A stretch of DNA of 64,000 nucleotides from Octopus vulgaris (taxonomy: Eukaryota). The notes below the pieces were generated by a model. It was not told where the DNA came from. It made no database searches and saw only the letters and a list, made by a program, of their open reading frames with translations. The position numbers and the translations under genes are program-made. The stretch lies in the NCBI GenBank assembly GCA_951406725.2, contig OX597823.1:13888001-13952000 (forward strand), in the 5' to 3' direction. Shown here piece by piece: positions 14,221 to 27,053 of this stretch; the first letter of the stretch is position 1, and each line of letters opens with the position of its first letter.

Positions 14221-14519
14221 GTGATGTTGATGGTGATGGTGATGGTGATGATGACGATGAAGATGATGACTTTGATGATGCTGACGATGGCGACTGCAGC
14301 GGCTACAACAAATACGAACACTACCATCACAATAAAAACAACACCAGCACAACCACCACCACCACCACCACCACCATCTGAACCACGAGGATGACGACGA
14401 CGCCAATGATGATGATGACAATGATGATGACGAAAATGAGAATAAAGATGATGAGGATGAGAAAGAGAGCGAGAGGATAAGGATTGTAATCATCATCGAC
14501 ATCAGAGCTGCAGAGAAAC

Positions 14520-14553
<34 letters not shown>

Positions 14554-14568
14554 TTGGTGGTGGTGGTG

Positions 14569-14612
<44 letters not shown>

Positions 14613-14655
14613 GGTGGTGGTGGTAGTAGTAGTAGTGGTGGTGGTGGTGGTGGTG

Positions 14656-14700
<45 letters not shown>
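13925..14700. repeat. (GAT/GAC/GGA/GTG/GTA)n trinucleotide microsatellite cluster
   Basis: Directly visible. Confidence 0.9.
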
Positions 14701-14701
<1 letters not shown>

Positions 14702-15196
14702 GGGATTGTATAAAGACTATAATGTATTTAGAAACCTAATGTTAAAATATATACATGCCTAGGTGCGTGTGTACACACGCATGTACATTTGTGCACGCAC
14801 GTGTCAGCGCATTTGTGCATGTGTGTGTGCGCGTGTGCGCGCGAGTATGTGCGTGTATATATATATATATATGCGTGCGCGTGTGTGTGTGTGTAAAGAA
14901 AGAAAAACCGTAACTAAGAGAGGCATATAATAGATGATTTTGCAAGCGAAGCCTTTTCTGGATCACTCTTATTTTAGCGTTAACAAACAGTATCTATGTA
15001 TGTAGTAGGTATATATATGTGTGTGTGTGTGTGTGTATTGACATATATATATATATATTTATATATATATATACACGCATATGTATATGTAAAGAAAATG
15101 TGTAAAATATGAAAATATAAATCATATATGCATACACAAAATACACACAAACGCACATATATATATATACATCTGTATATATGTCTCTCTCTTTCT

Positions 15197-15233
<37 letters not shown>

Positions 15234-15287
15234 TATATATGGCTCTCTCTCTTTCTTTCTCTCCCTCTATATATATACACACATCTG

Positions 15288-15366
<79 letters not shown>

Positions 15367-15454
15367 GGTTGAAAAACATATGAACACAAATAATTATACA
15401 GATATATATAATGTTTCCATGTAGATAGTCATGTGTGTTTGTGTGTGTGTGTGT

Positions 15455-15505
<51 letters not shown>

Positions 15506-16304
15506 CTCATAAAGCGATGTGTACGTTTCCGTGCGTGAGACAGTAGTTTGCGTTATGATTGAGCACAACGACGTGAGCACAGACCTGTGCGCGTGTCGCA
15601 TGCGCGCCCCTGTACGTGCGTGTGTACGTGCTGCATTCACGAGGGAGCATCTCTGCGTTGGCTTTCTATGTGTAGGTGTGGTTGAACGCCTGTATATCTG
15701 TGTGTTGTATGCATGTAACTCAGTTCAATACATCACATACCGTTAATAACCACCAACAATAAGTATGTTATTCCAACGCTCTTCACTGGCAACTATAATT
15801 ACACCAGCCATAATGAAATACTCTACGTACCCTTCGTCACTGTTACAATCTTGCTGATAGCTACAACAATCACACACCTATAGTTTTCTCAAGTCAATAG
15901 AATACGGTTTACCATCTGATATACGTACAACACTCGTTTTTTTTTTTTATCTCTTTTTACATATAACATACAAATATTCATACATACACTCACGCACACA
16001 TATATGTTTGTACACGTATCATCCTTTCTCCTTTTCTAACGTTCTTTCTCTCTCTCTTTTTTTTTTTTTTGTTCTCCTTCATCATACATCATCACATCTC
16101 TACAAAATATTCATACGGTTTTGATAAATTCTTTGACACCAGTTCTTCAGCTAATGATAGCTTGTAGTCTCCGTAACTTCCACTCTTCCACTCCGTCACA
16201 CTTTCCACCCCACACCCACTCCACCCTCTGTATTTGTCTATTCAGATTCTATCTACTTGCTTATTTCTCTCTCATAAATATACAACATATATACATACAT
16301 ACAT

Positions 16305-16439
<135 letters not shown>

Positions 16440-16501
16440 CATACATACTTATATAGATATAAATATATATATATGTGTATATATAAATATATATATATAC
16501 A

Positions 16502-16611
<110 letters not shown>

Positions 16612-17204
16612 AATATACATATGTATATACATATATATCTATATTTGTTCATATATACATATATACATATATATATATATTTATATATATATATGTATGT
16701 ATATATATATATGTATATACATACAGATATATACATATACATATAATTATATATACACACACACACCTGCACGCACATTTATATAAGTGTATGTGTGCAT
16801 ATGTATATGTGTATGCTTGTGTCCGTTCGCCTTTATCGCCACCATCATCTTTCTTCTTCTTTTTCTTCTTCTTCTTTTTCATCTTCATCAACATCATCTT
16901 CTTCTTTCTCTCCTTCTTTTTTACCTTTAATGCCAAGGCAACAAATTATAGTTATTAGGGTGACATAAGTTGAGATCAAGAGATCAAACACAGTTGTAGA
17001 AGTCCAAAAAAAAAGATAAAACAAATACGAAATATCCAAAAAAAAACAAAAAGAAACCCCCAACGACAGCAACTATCACTACCGCCACCATCACCACCAC
17101 TTCTACCATTATTACTACAAATACTACTAACACCGTTACCACAACCACCGCAACGACAGCATCAACAACAAAACTTCTTATTCTTCGCACAGTACAATTT
17201 AACG

Positions 17205-17290
17205 GACAGAGAAAAAGCGCTCTGCGCAATATGCTTATTTTTTTAAAATGGCGCCCATGTTTGGTGACGTGATCACAGCATCGTTCCGCT
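17205..17290 (+). promoter_or_regulatory. Possible core promoter (YY1-like AAAATGGCG and CRE-like TGACGTGA)
   Basis: aaaatggcgc at ~17245 and tgacgtga at ~17265 lie in a CpG-enriched non-repeat patch. There is no transcript evidence. Confidence 0.25.
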
Positions 17291-17342
17291 TCTTCTTCAC
17301 TGTTGTTGTATTGTTTTTGCTGTGTTTTTATTTGATGTCATT

Positions 17343-17386
<44 letters not shown>

Positions 17387-17871
17387 GCTATTGTTTTGTT
17401 GTTCATTTTCATGTTATATTTTTCTTTTTTTTTTGTTTGTTTATATTTACCTTTTTTACATTTTGCGGTGGGGAGGAAAGTCGATATTGTCGACAGCCAT
17501 GATGTTGTCCAGGCACGCGCTTTCATTAATAAAACTTCTCACGCTCCTGTATGCATGTGTATATATATATATATATGTATGTGTGTACGCGCACGTGTGC
17601 ATGTATGTATGTATGTATGTATGTATGTGTGTATGTTTTCTTATTTATTTATTTATTTATTTTTCCTTACGCTAGAAAATATTTTCGTCTGAAGATATTT
17701 TTGCTGATAAATCTGGTGTTTGGGGTTTTCTTTTTTTTTTTTCTTTTTTTTTTTACTCCCCACAATTCAAGATTTGACTGGTGAGAAGGTGAAGCAACTT
17801 CAGCGACCAGTTTCCTAGCAACTAGCTTTAGAAAGAAAGAAAACATGCTTTTGTTTTTGTTATTGTTGATG

Positions 17872-17902
<31 letters not shown>

Positions 17903-18480
17903 TACTATTGTTACTATTATTTTTATTATTATTACTATCATCATCGTCATCATCATCATCATCATCATCACCGTCATCGTCATTATCATCATAATAACCA
18001 TCATCATTATCATCATTATCATCATCATTATCATCATTGTTAATATAACGGTTATTGTTCTTGTGATTGTTAACATTTTTATTGTATTACTACTTAGAAT
18101 GTTTTTTTGTTGTTGTTGTTTTTTTTTGCTCTATTTCTCTCCTCTTTCTCATCAAACCATTCTACTAATACTACTACACACACACACACTCTCTCTCTCT
18201 CTCTCTCTCTCACCCCTCACTCTATTTCTCTTAGTCTCCTTCTCCCCACCCCCTCTCTCTCTCTCTTCAACTTTCTCTCACTGTCTCTTCTAGAACAAGA
18301 AATTTTGGATTGGACAGTACCTTAACGTGTGCCATTCCTTACCATTTTTTTTTTTTTCATCTTTCTCTTTTATTCCTGACATTTTTTTTCCTTCTTTTGC
18401 TCTTTTATTTTCACTGTAAATTTTTCAATTTTCGCCAGATATACTTTTAAAGAATTGTTACCCCGCTTTTACTACTACTG

Positions 18481-18534
<54 letters not shown>

Positions 18535-18549
18535 TTATTATTATTGCTA

Positions 18550-18584
<35 letters not shown>

Positions 18585-19422
18585 GTTGTTGTTGTTGTTG
18601 TTGTCGTTGTAGTTGATGTTGCTGTTGTTGTTCTTGTTGTTCTGATTGTTGTTCCTATTCAACTAATTGATCAAATCTAAGAGTTTATTAGACGTGACAT
18701 CTAGAATGCTTTATTGATTGGCAGCCGAAAATTAATGATCATTCTGCGCATTGTTGTAAAAATATTTGTGTTCCGTGATCATGTTTGAAAATGAATGATA
18801 TACAATTTAAGAGGCACCAGAGGCAAAAAAAAAAGGAAAAGAGGCGTGAGTACGGGGGTGCTAGTGCACGCACACAGAGACATACACATACTCAAACGCG
18901 CGCGTATACACGCTAATAGAATGATATACAATTTAACAAGGAACAATGACAAGCAGAAAAATAAGAGGACACACAACAAAGAGCAATGAATGGTATACTT
19001 TAAAATCGAAGAAGGGAAAGAAAGATATGAAGGGAAAGATATATCGAGAAAGTGGAAGTTGGTGAAGAGGGTGTCACTAAAGTTGAGTGTGAAAATAAAG
19101 GCGAGGAGAGAGGAAAGATACTATAGAAATTACGAGCCATTGAAGACCAGGAAATGAGTTTAATACAAGAACATACAAATTAATATTATTAACATAACGT
19201 ATATGGTAATACTTGATGGTCTCGTGCCCGTCGAAGACAACGTATGAACGATCAGCTTTTTTTGCTCAATGACCTTCACAAATGATTTGTTTATGGCGAT
19301 CAAATGTCGAGCCGCAATAATAGCTCACTCTCTTCTTCAAATCGACGCCGTCTGAACAGATGCACGGTGTACCACGCGTTAGGTATCGAACTGAACGCAG
19401 AGCAACATAAGATGAAGAAAAA

Positions 19423-20200
19423 AAGGTGGCAAGCTGGCAGAAATGCGTAGCCGGGCGAAATTCGTAACCGCATTCCGTCTGCCGTTACGTTCTGAGTTCA
19501 AATTCCGCCGAGGTCGACTTTGCCTTTCATCTTTTCGGGGTCGATAAATTAAGTACCAGTTACACACTGGGGTCGATATAATCGACTGAATCCGTTTGTC
19601 TGTGCTTGTTTGTCCCCTCTGTGTTTAGCCCCTTGTGGGTAGTAAAGAAATAGGTATTTCGTCTGCCGTTACGTTCTGAGTTCAAATTCTGCCGAGGTCG
19701 ACTTTGCCTTTCATCTTTTCGGGGTCGATAAATTAAGTACCAGTTACACACTGGGGTCGATATAATCGACTGAATCCGTTTGTCTGTGCTTGTTTGTCCC
19801 CTCTGTGTTTAGCCCTTTGTGGGTAGTAAAGAAATAGGTATTTCGTCTGCCGTTACGTTCTGAGTTCAAATTCCGCCGAGGTCGACTTTGCCTTTCATCT
19901 TTTCGGGGTCGATAAATTAAGTACCAGTTACGCACTGGGGTCGATATAATCGACTTAATCCGCTTCTCTGTGCTTGTTTGTCCCCTCTGTGTTTAGCCCC
20001 TTGTGGGTAGTAAAGAAATAGGTATTTCGTCTGCCGTTACGTTCTGAGTTCAAATTCCGCCGAGGTCGACTTTGCCTTTCATCCTTTGGGGGTCGATAAA
20101 TCAAGTACCAGTTACGCACTGGGGTCGATGTAATCTGACCCCTTTGTCTGTCCTTGTTTGTACTCTCTATGTTTAGCCCCCTTGTGGGCAGAAAAAGAAA
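19423..20200 (+). mobile_element. SINE family N (Nin-domain-like gcctttcatc...ggggtcgataaa) with its body repeated ~4 times at a 184-bp period
   Basis: cgtctgccgttacgttctgagttcaaattc occurs at 19476, 19660, 19844 and 20028. A single head lies at 19423. Confidence 0.9.
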
Positions 20201-20357
20201 TTGAGATGAAATGCTTTGCTTATGAACACAACACACCACCCGGTCTGGGAATTGAAATCGCGATTTCGCGATCGTGAGTGTAACACGCTAACCACCAAGC
20301 CATGCTCCTTCATATATATGGTAATATACACATACACACACAAACACACACACATAC

Positions 20358-20407
<50 letters not shown>

Positions 20408-20456
20408 GGGAAATAAAGTCAAGGTAGAAACTGCTAAAATAATTTTATAAAAAACA

Positions 20457-20498
20457 TTTCAGTACCGGTTTCAGTCATTGAGACTTTTTCAACTGGAA
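20457..20498 (-). ncRNA. Degenerate type I hammerhead motif
   Basis: Reverse strand: ttccag TTGAAAA agtc-tcaat-gact GAAAC CG GTA ctgaaa. Stems are intact but the core is mutated. Confidence 0.55.
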
Positions 20499-21187
20499 GT
20501 ATGGAAAACAATTAGATTTTGGAAATGTTAAAAGAAAAGTGTTTTAAAAGAATATTTGCATAGTATTCAAATTCGAGGGGAATTTTCCTTGTTTCTGCCT
20601 GTCTCTGTCTCTCTTGTTTACTCTTGTGGTTTCGAGGTCGTTGTGAATTCTTGGCGGAGAAGAAAAGAAAAAGAAGAAGAAGAAAAGAAGAAGAAGAAGA
20701 AGAAGAAGAAGAAGAAGAAGAAGAAGAAGAAGGAGGAGGAGGAGGAGGAGGAGGAGGAGGAGAATACGGGAGTTCCATGATAGTAGTAGGATATTAAATG
20801 GTCAAGTGCCCTGAATGTGTCTTGTTGTGAATGGTATTAGTGATTGAATGCTTGAGACATCTCTTTTGAATGTATTGTTTATAAAATTTGTGTAGGTGTT
20901 ATTCTAAACAGCAATATATAGTAAAGTAAGTAAGGAGGTGGGGGAGATACTACTAGGATGTTAAATGGTCAAGTGACTTAAAAATGGTTCGTTGTGGATT
21001 ATAGCAGTGATTGGGACTGTTTTTTTAATGAATAGCATCCAGGTCATATTTAACTGACTCGGAAATGGTTTCACTGAATTCATCTTAGATTTATGTAATT
21101 TTTCCATGGTTTTTCCATATTTAAAACCATGTGCGGATATATATGTATATATATGTGTGTGTGTGTGTGTATGTGTGTGTGTGTGTA

Positions 21188-21218
<31 letters not shown>

Positions 21219-21227
21219 ATGTATGTA

Positions 21228-21260
<33 letters not shown>

Positions 21261-21264
<4 letters not shown>

Positions 21265-21563
21265 AGACGCAATGGCGCAGTGGTTAGGGCTGCGGACTCG
21301 CGGTTGTAGGATCGCGGTTTCGATTCCCAGACCGAGCGTTGTGAGTGTTTATTGAGCGAAAACACCTAAATCACCCCGAGGCTCCGGCAGGGGGTGGTGG
21401 CGATCCTTGCTGTACTCTTTCGCCACAACTTTCTCTCACACTTTCTTCTGTTGGCCTGCTCGCTTAGCCAGCGGAGTGGCGTCACTTGAAGGTTAAAACA
21501 ATGCGAAGTGCATTGTGACTAGCGATGTGTAGCAACATCTGATAGCCTGGTCGGTCACGATGA
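21261..21563 (+). mobile_element. SINE family R with a second type of 3' tail
   Basis: gtggagacgcaatggcgcagtggttagggctgcggactcgcgg...ttcgattccc. Diverges from the 4005 and 58628 copies after ctttctctcac. Confidence 0.85.
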
Positions 21564-21569
21564 TATATA

Positions 21570-22184
21570 GATGATAGGCAATACACCTTGAAACCATGGT
21601 CCGTGTGTGGTTTCCGCTTCATCGGGGAATTACCTCCCTTTGCAGGTTTAGGGCACCGTGACGGTGTCGAGCCTTTCTGGTGACGTCGATGTTCGCCTGG
21701 GGGCTAAATGCAACAGTAACACCCCCACCACCCTGCCCTGTCCCTAGCCATATTCAGATGGCTTTAGTCCCTTATGTTGTCGAGCAGTTACTGTCTATAT
21801 TCCTTTTAGAGAATTATTATTGCTTTCGAACAGATTTTCGAAATCAGCAAATGTATTTTGCTTGAAAATCTATATAAGAAAATCCTGCAGAGAGAGAATT
21901 CGTCGAGGAAGCGGAGGCCTACCACACGCCGATGATAGGCAATACACCTTGAAACCATGGTCCGTGTGTGGTTTCCGCTTCATCGGGGAATTACCTCCCT
22001 TTGCAGGTTTAGGGCACCGTGACGGTGTCGAGCCTTTCTGGTGACGTCGATGTTCGCCTGGGGCTAAATGCAACAGTAACACCCCCACCACCCTGCCCTG
22101 TCCCTAGCCATATTCAGATGGCTTTAGTCCCTTATGTTGTCGAGCAGTTACTGTCTATATTCCTTTTAGAGAATTATTATTGCT
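21570..22184 (+). mobile_element. HHR-containing ~1.7-unit tandem repeat (361-bp unit), retrozyme- or PLE-pLTR-like
   Basis: 21570-21824 matches 21931-22184 apart from one G indel. An HHR sits at the unit junction and TA repeats flank the element. Confidence 0.85.
21908..21981 (+). ncRNA. Type I hammerhead ribozyme (CCGAUGA core variant), predicted cleavage after GUC at 21962
   Basis: cacacg CCGATGA t agg-caataca-cct t GAAAC CATG GTC cgtgtg. Stem III is the palindrome ACCATGGT. Stem I extends as gaagcggaggcc/ggtttccgcttc. Confidence 0.8.
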
Positions 22185-23259
22185 ATATATATATATATAT
22201 ATATAAAGTTTCATGGGCCAAGAGACTTGCCAAAAACCAAAAGGTGCATGGGGCGTAGATGTAGAACCATTTAAGGAATTTTTTAAACCCACATCACAAA
22301 GCAACAAGCGCAATTAAGGGTAGCTTTCTCCATTTCACTGATCCTCCAGAACTGATCCCGAAAAGAGGGCTGTGAAAATAAAATGATACAAACTAACTCG
22401 ATGACAAAGGGGGTCCAGCATGGCTATGACTTCTAGCTGAAACAATATGTGTGTATGTGTTTGTGTGTGAGTGTGCGTGCGCGTGTTTGTGTGTGCATGT
22501 GTGTGTATGTATGTATGTATTTTAAGCATACGTATAAACGCTTTATTGAAGAAGCAATACATAATCTTTAGACTGTTTCCTCAGCGATTTTAAGAGTAAA
22601 AATAACCAGAAGTGATAAATGTAGGAAACAGTCATAAATGATTATAGTTATGACATGTGTCAAATTGTTTAAACGAAGGATGTCTCAATGAGAAGGCTTT
22701 ATAACAAATTAAGACGTAATTAACACTATGACCGAAATAAAAGCAAAATGATTAAAAAATATACGAAGCAAAGAAGATACGTATACATGCAGCTTACTGA
22801 GATATTAGCTAATATTTCACCACCAAGGCCACGACATGTGAGTAGAATGTCGAAAATGAAACCGATCTAGGGACACTCCTGTCTAAAGATGATTCATTAC
22901 TTCATGGTGTTGCAAGATGAGGTAAAGGTAATAGGAGAAAGAAAAGGAAAATGTAACGAATACTTTCTACATGGAATTATCACTCAATGTCGCAGCGAAT
23001 AACCGCTAGATCCATCAATTTTCATCTGCGAATCCCTTTGATTACTATTTTAGTTTGGTGGACCTCCATTGTCATTCGACGTTCAAAGACTAGTTTTATA
23101 GATTCTTTTTTTTTTAATTCCTATTTTTCTTTTCACACATTAAATTGTGTAGGTTGAACGATGTAAACTGTTAGAAAAAGAAACCTAGCCCCTTCTTGCA
23201 TTACATACCAATACATATATTTAAAGCAAAATTTTTTAAGAAGGCCTTAAAATACTGTT

Positions 23260-23342
23260 CTATATGCCCACGGGCATATGGCGTAGTGGTTAAGAGTGCG
23301 GGCTACTAACCCCAAGATTCCGAGTTCGATTCCAGGCAGTGA

Positions 23343-23441
<99 letters not shown>

Positions 23442-23612
23442 CAACAATAACAACAACAACATTGAAAAATACCTTAGGAATGAGAACCCAGGTTCGAAAT
23501 TTCCCCAAGACACCTGATGAAGGCTGGAGGGTATATCAACCGAAACGTTGTGTTAACAACAAACAAGATGGGGACAAATATCCGTCAATTGTAAATAATG
23601 CAAATAATGTAC
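23260..23612 (+). mobile_element. tRNA-derived SINE (family H) with internal (AAT)n and a 3' hammerhead; 15-bp TSD
   Basis: A-box tggcgtagtgg and B-box gagttcgattcc. TSD ccttaaaatactgtt at 23245-23259 and 23613-23627. Tail gtaaataatgcaaataatgta. Confidence 0.9.
23509..23554 (+). ncRNA. Minimal type I hammerhead motif
   Basis: gacac CTGATGA a ggctg-gagggtatat-caacc GAAACGTT gtgtt. Stem III is the palindrome ACGT. Confidence 0.8.
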
Positions 23613-23641
23613 CCTTAAAATACTGTTGTGCATACTATTAT

Positions 23642-23757
23642 GGGCGCCGGTGTAGCTGTGTGGTAAGAAGCTTGCTTCCCAACAACATGGTTCCGGGTTC
23701 AATCCCATTGCGTTGTGAGTGGATTTGGTAGATGGAAACTGAAAGAAGCCCGTCGTA
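23642..23757 (+). mobile_element. Internally deleted 5' part of SINE family A
   Basis: gtagctgtgtggtaagaagcttgc...ggaaactgaaagaagcccgtcg. Confidence 0.8.
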
Positions 23758-23829
23758 TATATATATATATATTAACTAATCAATTAATTAATGTTAAAAC
23801 AATTTAGTATAAATATGTCACTATACATA

Positions 23830-24553
23830 TAATTGAAATTTATAGAAAAACAAAGGACGAAGATAGGTGTATGAACAACAAGCAGGTGTATTAATTTGAC
23901 GCTCGGGAAAGTGAGAAAGTCTTTTACGTTTCGAGCCTACGCCCTTCAACAGAAAGGAACACGAAGAAATAAACAGAGAGAGAATAAAAACAACTTGTGG
24001 ATTTAGCGATCAAACATGGCAGCCGGTAGGGAAAAAGTTTTACAGGAGGGTAGAAAGACGGGGAGATAATAAAGTATTGGTGATCCCAAAACGAAGGTGC
24101 ACGTGCGTGTGTATATGTGAGAATGTGTAAGTCATTGTGTGCGTGTGTGGATAGGAGCTAGTGACTTTGACGTATTGATGTGTGCGTTTATAAGTGTGTG
24201 CGTCTGTAAAGTGTGGGTGTGTGGATGATGGTGAGTTGGTGTGCGGATGATGGTGCGTGGGTTGCAGATGATGTGTGGTGTAGGGGTGGTGTGGTGTGGG
24301 GTGTGGATGTGTGGAATGTGGTGTGGGTGGGGATGTGGAGTGGGCGGGGATATCAATGAAGAGAGAAGGTATGTAGGAGTGAGGAGAGAAAGTAGGTGTC
24401 AGACGAAGAGAGAAGAGAATGAGTGTCAGATGAAGAGAGGAGGGAAATTGAGCCCACATGGTACAAAGGAACCAATAGAGAATATTAATTCCTTATCACG
24501 GCGAAGGCGGGAGTCCGGATGGCCCCTGTGCAAAGACAATCCGAACACAGACA

Positions 24554-24555
<2 letters not shown>
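23830..24555 (-). mobile_element. Penelope-like element 3' fragment (GIY-YIG C-terminus, 3' UTR, HHR)
   Basis: The - strand at 24553-24425 reads [42 protein letters not shown]. The HHR lies downstream at 23921-23956. Confidence 0.8.
23921..23956 (-). ncRNA. Minimal type I hammerhead (CUGUUGA variant)
   Basis: cttt CTGTTGA a gggc-gtag-gctc GAAACGTA aaag. Confidence 0.7.
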
Positions 24556-24589
<34 letters not shown>

Positions 24590-24678
24590 TGAAAAATTAA
24601 TTTGCGAGAAAAATACTTACTATGTCCTTTGATTAATTTATATACATATATATATATATATGTATATGTATATATATG

Positions 24679-24763
<85 letters not shown>

Positions 24764-25356
24764 TAATATATATATACACACACATACAAAGCGGATTACG
24801 TGAAGTACGATTATTGCTAGAAATAGCAGCCGGTAAACTATCAGCGCTTTGTAGAGCTTCACTGGATGTTTACTAATATTATTTTTGATAATATTTATAT
24901 TTCCAGTGTATATATGAGAATTCCCACAATACTTAGCGTCAGACAGTGGGAGCGGACATTTGCACTTGAAATAGCAGGATTACACCTTATGTCGTAAAGT
25001 AGTCTACGTTTAAAAAAATTTTAACTACTTTTATTCGCTAAGTTTTTAACGTAAGTAGTTGTATTTACTAATCTTTATTCTAGACTATTAACTTACATTT
25101 GACATAAAATATGGTTTATTATACTAGTATTGACAGGGGTATATTTTACACTAAATTATTAATTTCTATAATATTTACTTAGATATTTTATAAGATTTGA
25201 TATGCTTCAAATTTAGTCGTTGATGATATTTTTCAATATATATCTTAATTATACTTTAGGTATGTAATATCTTAAAAATATATTTGTAAGTTTTACTGTT
25301 AATATGGTTTTTAGCTTTTAATTTTTAACATTTACCCGTACATAACAATAATATAC

Positions 25357-25440
25357 ATAGCCTGACGACGGACTGGTGGATTTATGTATTAAGTATAACC
25401 TTAATACGCACCCCACCATCGCAGAAACACGTATAGCGAT
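25357..25440 (+). ncRNA. Degenerate hammerhead with a long stem II
   Basis: atagc CTGACGA ...tggtgg...gtattaag/cttaatac...ccacca... GAAACACGTATA gcgat. Confidence 0.55.
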
Positions 25441-25719
25441 TACTTGTACTACTTTCTTTATAGATTAATAACAGGTAAGATATATCTCTTTAACTATTTT
25501 TATTGTATTTTATTTGAATTATTTTAGTTGATGTAATTTTCTCTGCGTATATCATACCATGAGGTTATCCTGAAATAGGAGTGGCTTATCTAATCGGTAA
25601 ATATCCAAAATTTGTAATATTAATATTATAAAATATATTTCTTACATTTCATTAGAAAAGTGTAAAATAGTAAACTTCCTGATAACTTGGAATACTTGTT
25701 ATTCCCTAATATATCATAA

Positions 25720-25907
<188 letters not shown>

Positions 25908-25955
25908 ATCAAATCGGCCTGTAAATTTGGATTATTCCCTAATATTGAATTTTAA

Positions 25956-25996
<41 letters not shown>

Positions 25997-26285
25997 CGGA
26001 ATACAGATGATGATGACAATGCATTGGCTATGCATTTGCTTACTTCCTACGAAGGTCTTAACAGGAGGTAGGAAAAGAAAAAAAAATTAAGATAGTAATT
26101 TTAAGAATACCTTTTTGGTGACCTAAAACTCTTAAAATAAGGCTGATAACAAAATAATTATAAGTAACATACTGCATACTGAAGAAATAGCTTCCCCACT
26201 TTGATATATTCTGGTTATATTTTAGTAACAGTCGGTATATATAAATATATATATATATATATACCAAACTAGAATCTTGTATTAG

Positions 26286-26348
<63 letters not shown>

Positions 26349-26502
26349 TATATATATACATATATATGTATATATATGCTTTAGATCCTAAATGCAAGTG
26401 CATATAATTTTATAAGTGTATGTATTTAGCTATAACCTATATAAATGTCATAAGGTAATATTTAACGCTTCCATCAGATATATGGAATTTTAAATATAAT
26501 TA

Positions 26503-27053
26503 AAGTTGAAGCCCCTCAAAGGGCAATCACAAAAAAGATAGATGGCATGACAGGCCTCGACTATTGGGGTCGACTAGAAAAGCTAAAGCTTTATTCTCTC
26601 CAACGTCGTCGTGAGCGCTACATCATCTGCATGATGTGGAAAATATTCCATCAGCATTGCCCAAATGATGTTGGCATCACCTTTAAGGTACATCCAAGGC
26701 TTGGGCCCCGTGCCATCCGCCCAAAACAAAAATCGCACTCTCATCTCATAACAACAATACGGCACAATTATTTCACCTCAATTGGCCCCGCTCTCTTTAA
26801 CATTACACCAAAACACATTAAAACAGAAACTGACCCTATAGGGCTCAAGAAGTCTCTGGACAGATTCCTTCAAGAAATCCCGGATAAACCCCCTACACCC
26901 GGATATGTCTCTGTAAACAATAACTCTCTACTTGAGTGGGCAAAAGTGCCCAAATTCTGACTTGAAAGACTTCACCAGGTGGTGCTATTAAGTTAGACAT
27001 GGCCTGGGCCAATAATGGCCGAAACCTATCAAAGTATCAAAGTATCAAAGTAT
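26503..27053 (+). mobile_element. 5'-truncated CR1-group LINE (ORF2 C-terminus, 3' UTR, tandem tail)
   Basis: Translates to VEAPQRAITKKIDGMTGLDYWGRLEKLKLYSLQRRRERY...LKKSLDRFLQEIPDKP. Tail is (tatcaaag)x3. Confidence 0.9.

Noticed and set aside
19476-20200. CRISPR-like regular repeat
   Set aside because: Whole 184-bp units repeat with no unique spacers and no cas genes. It is SINE-derived in a eukaryotic context.
21995-22090. HDV-like ribozyme fold for the conserved module (ggctaa as J4/2, ttgca/tgcaa as P2)
   Set aside because: The P2 pairing is not preserved in the 46922 and 61987 relatives.
23272-23345. tRNA gene call for SINE heads (also 4005, 21261, 34709, 59018)
   Set aside because: A and B boxes are present, but there is no proper acceptor stem and the heads continue into SINE bodies.
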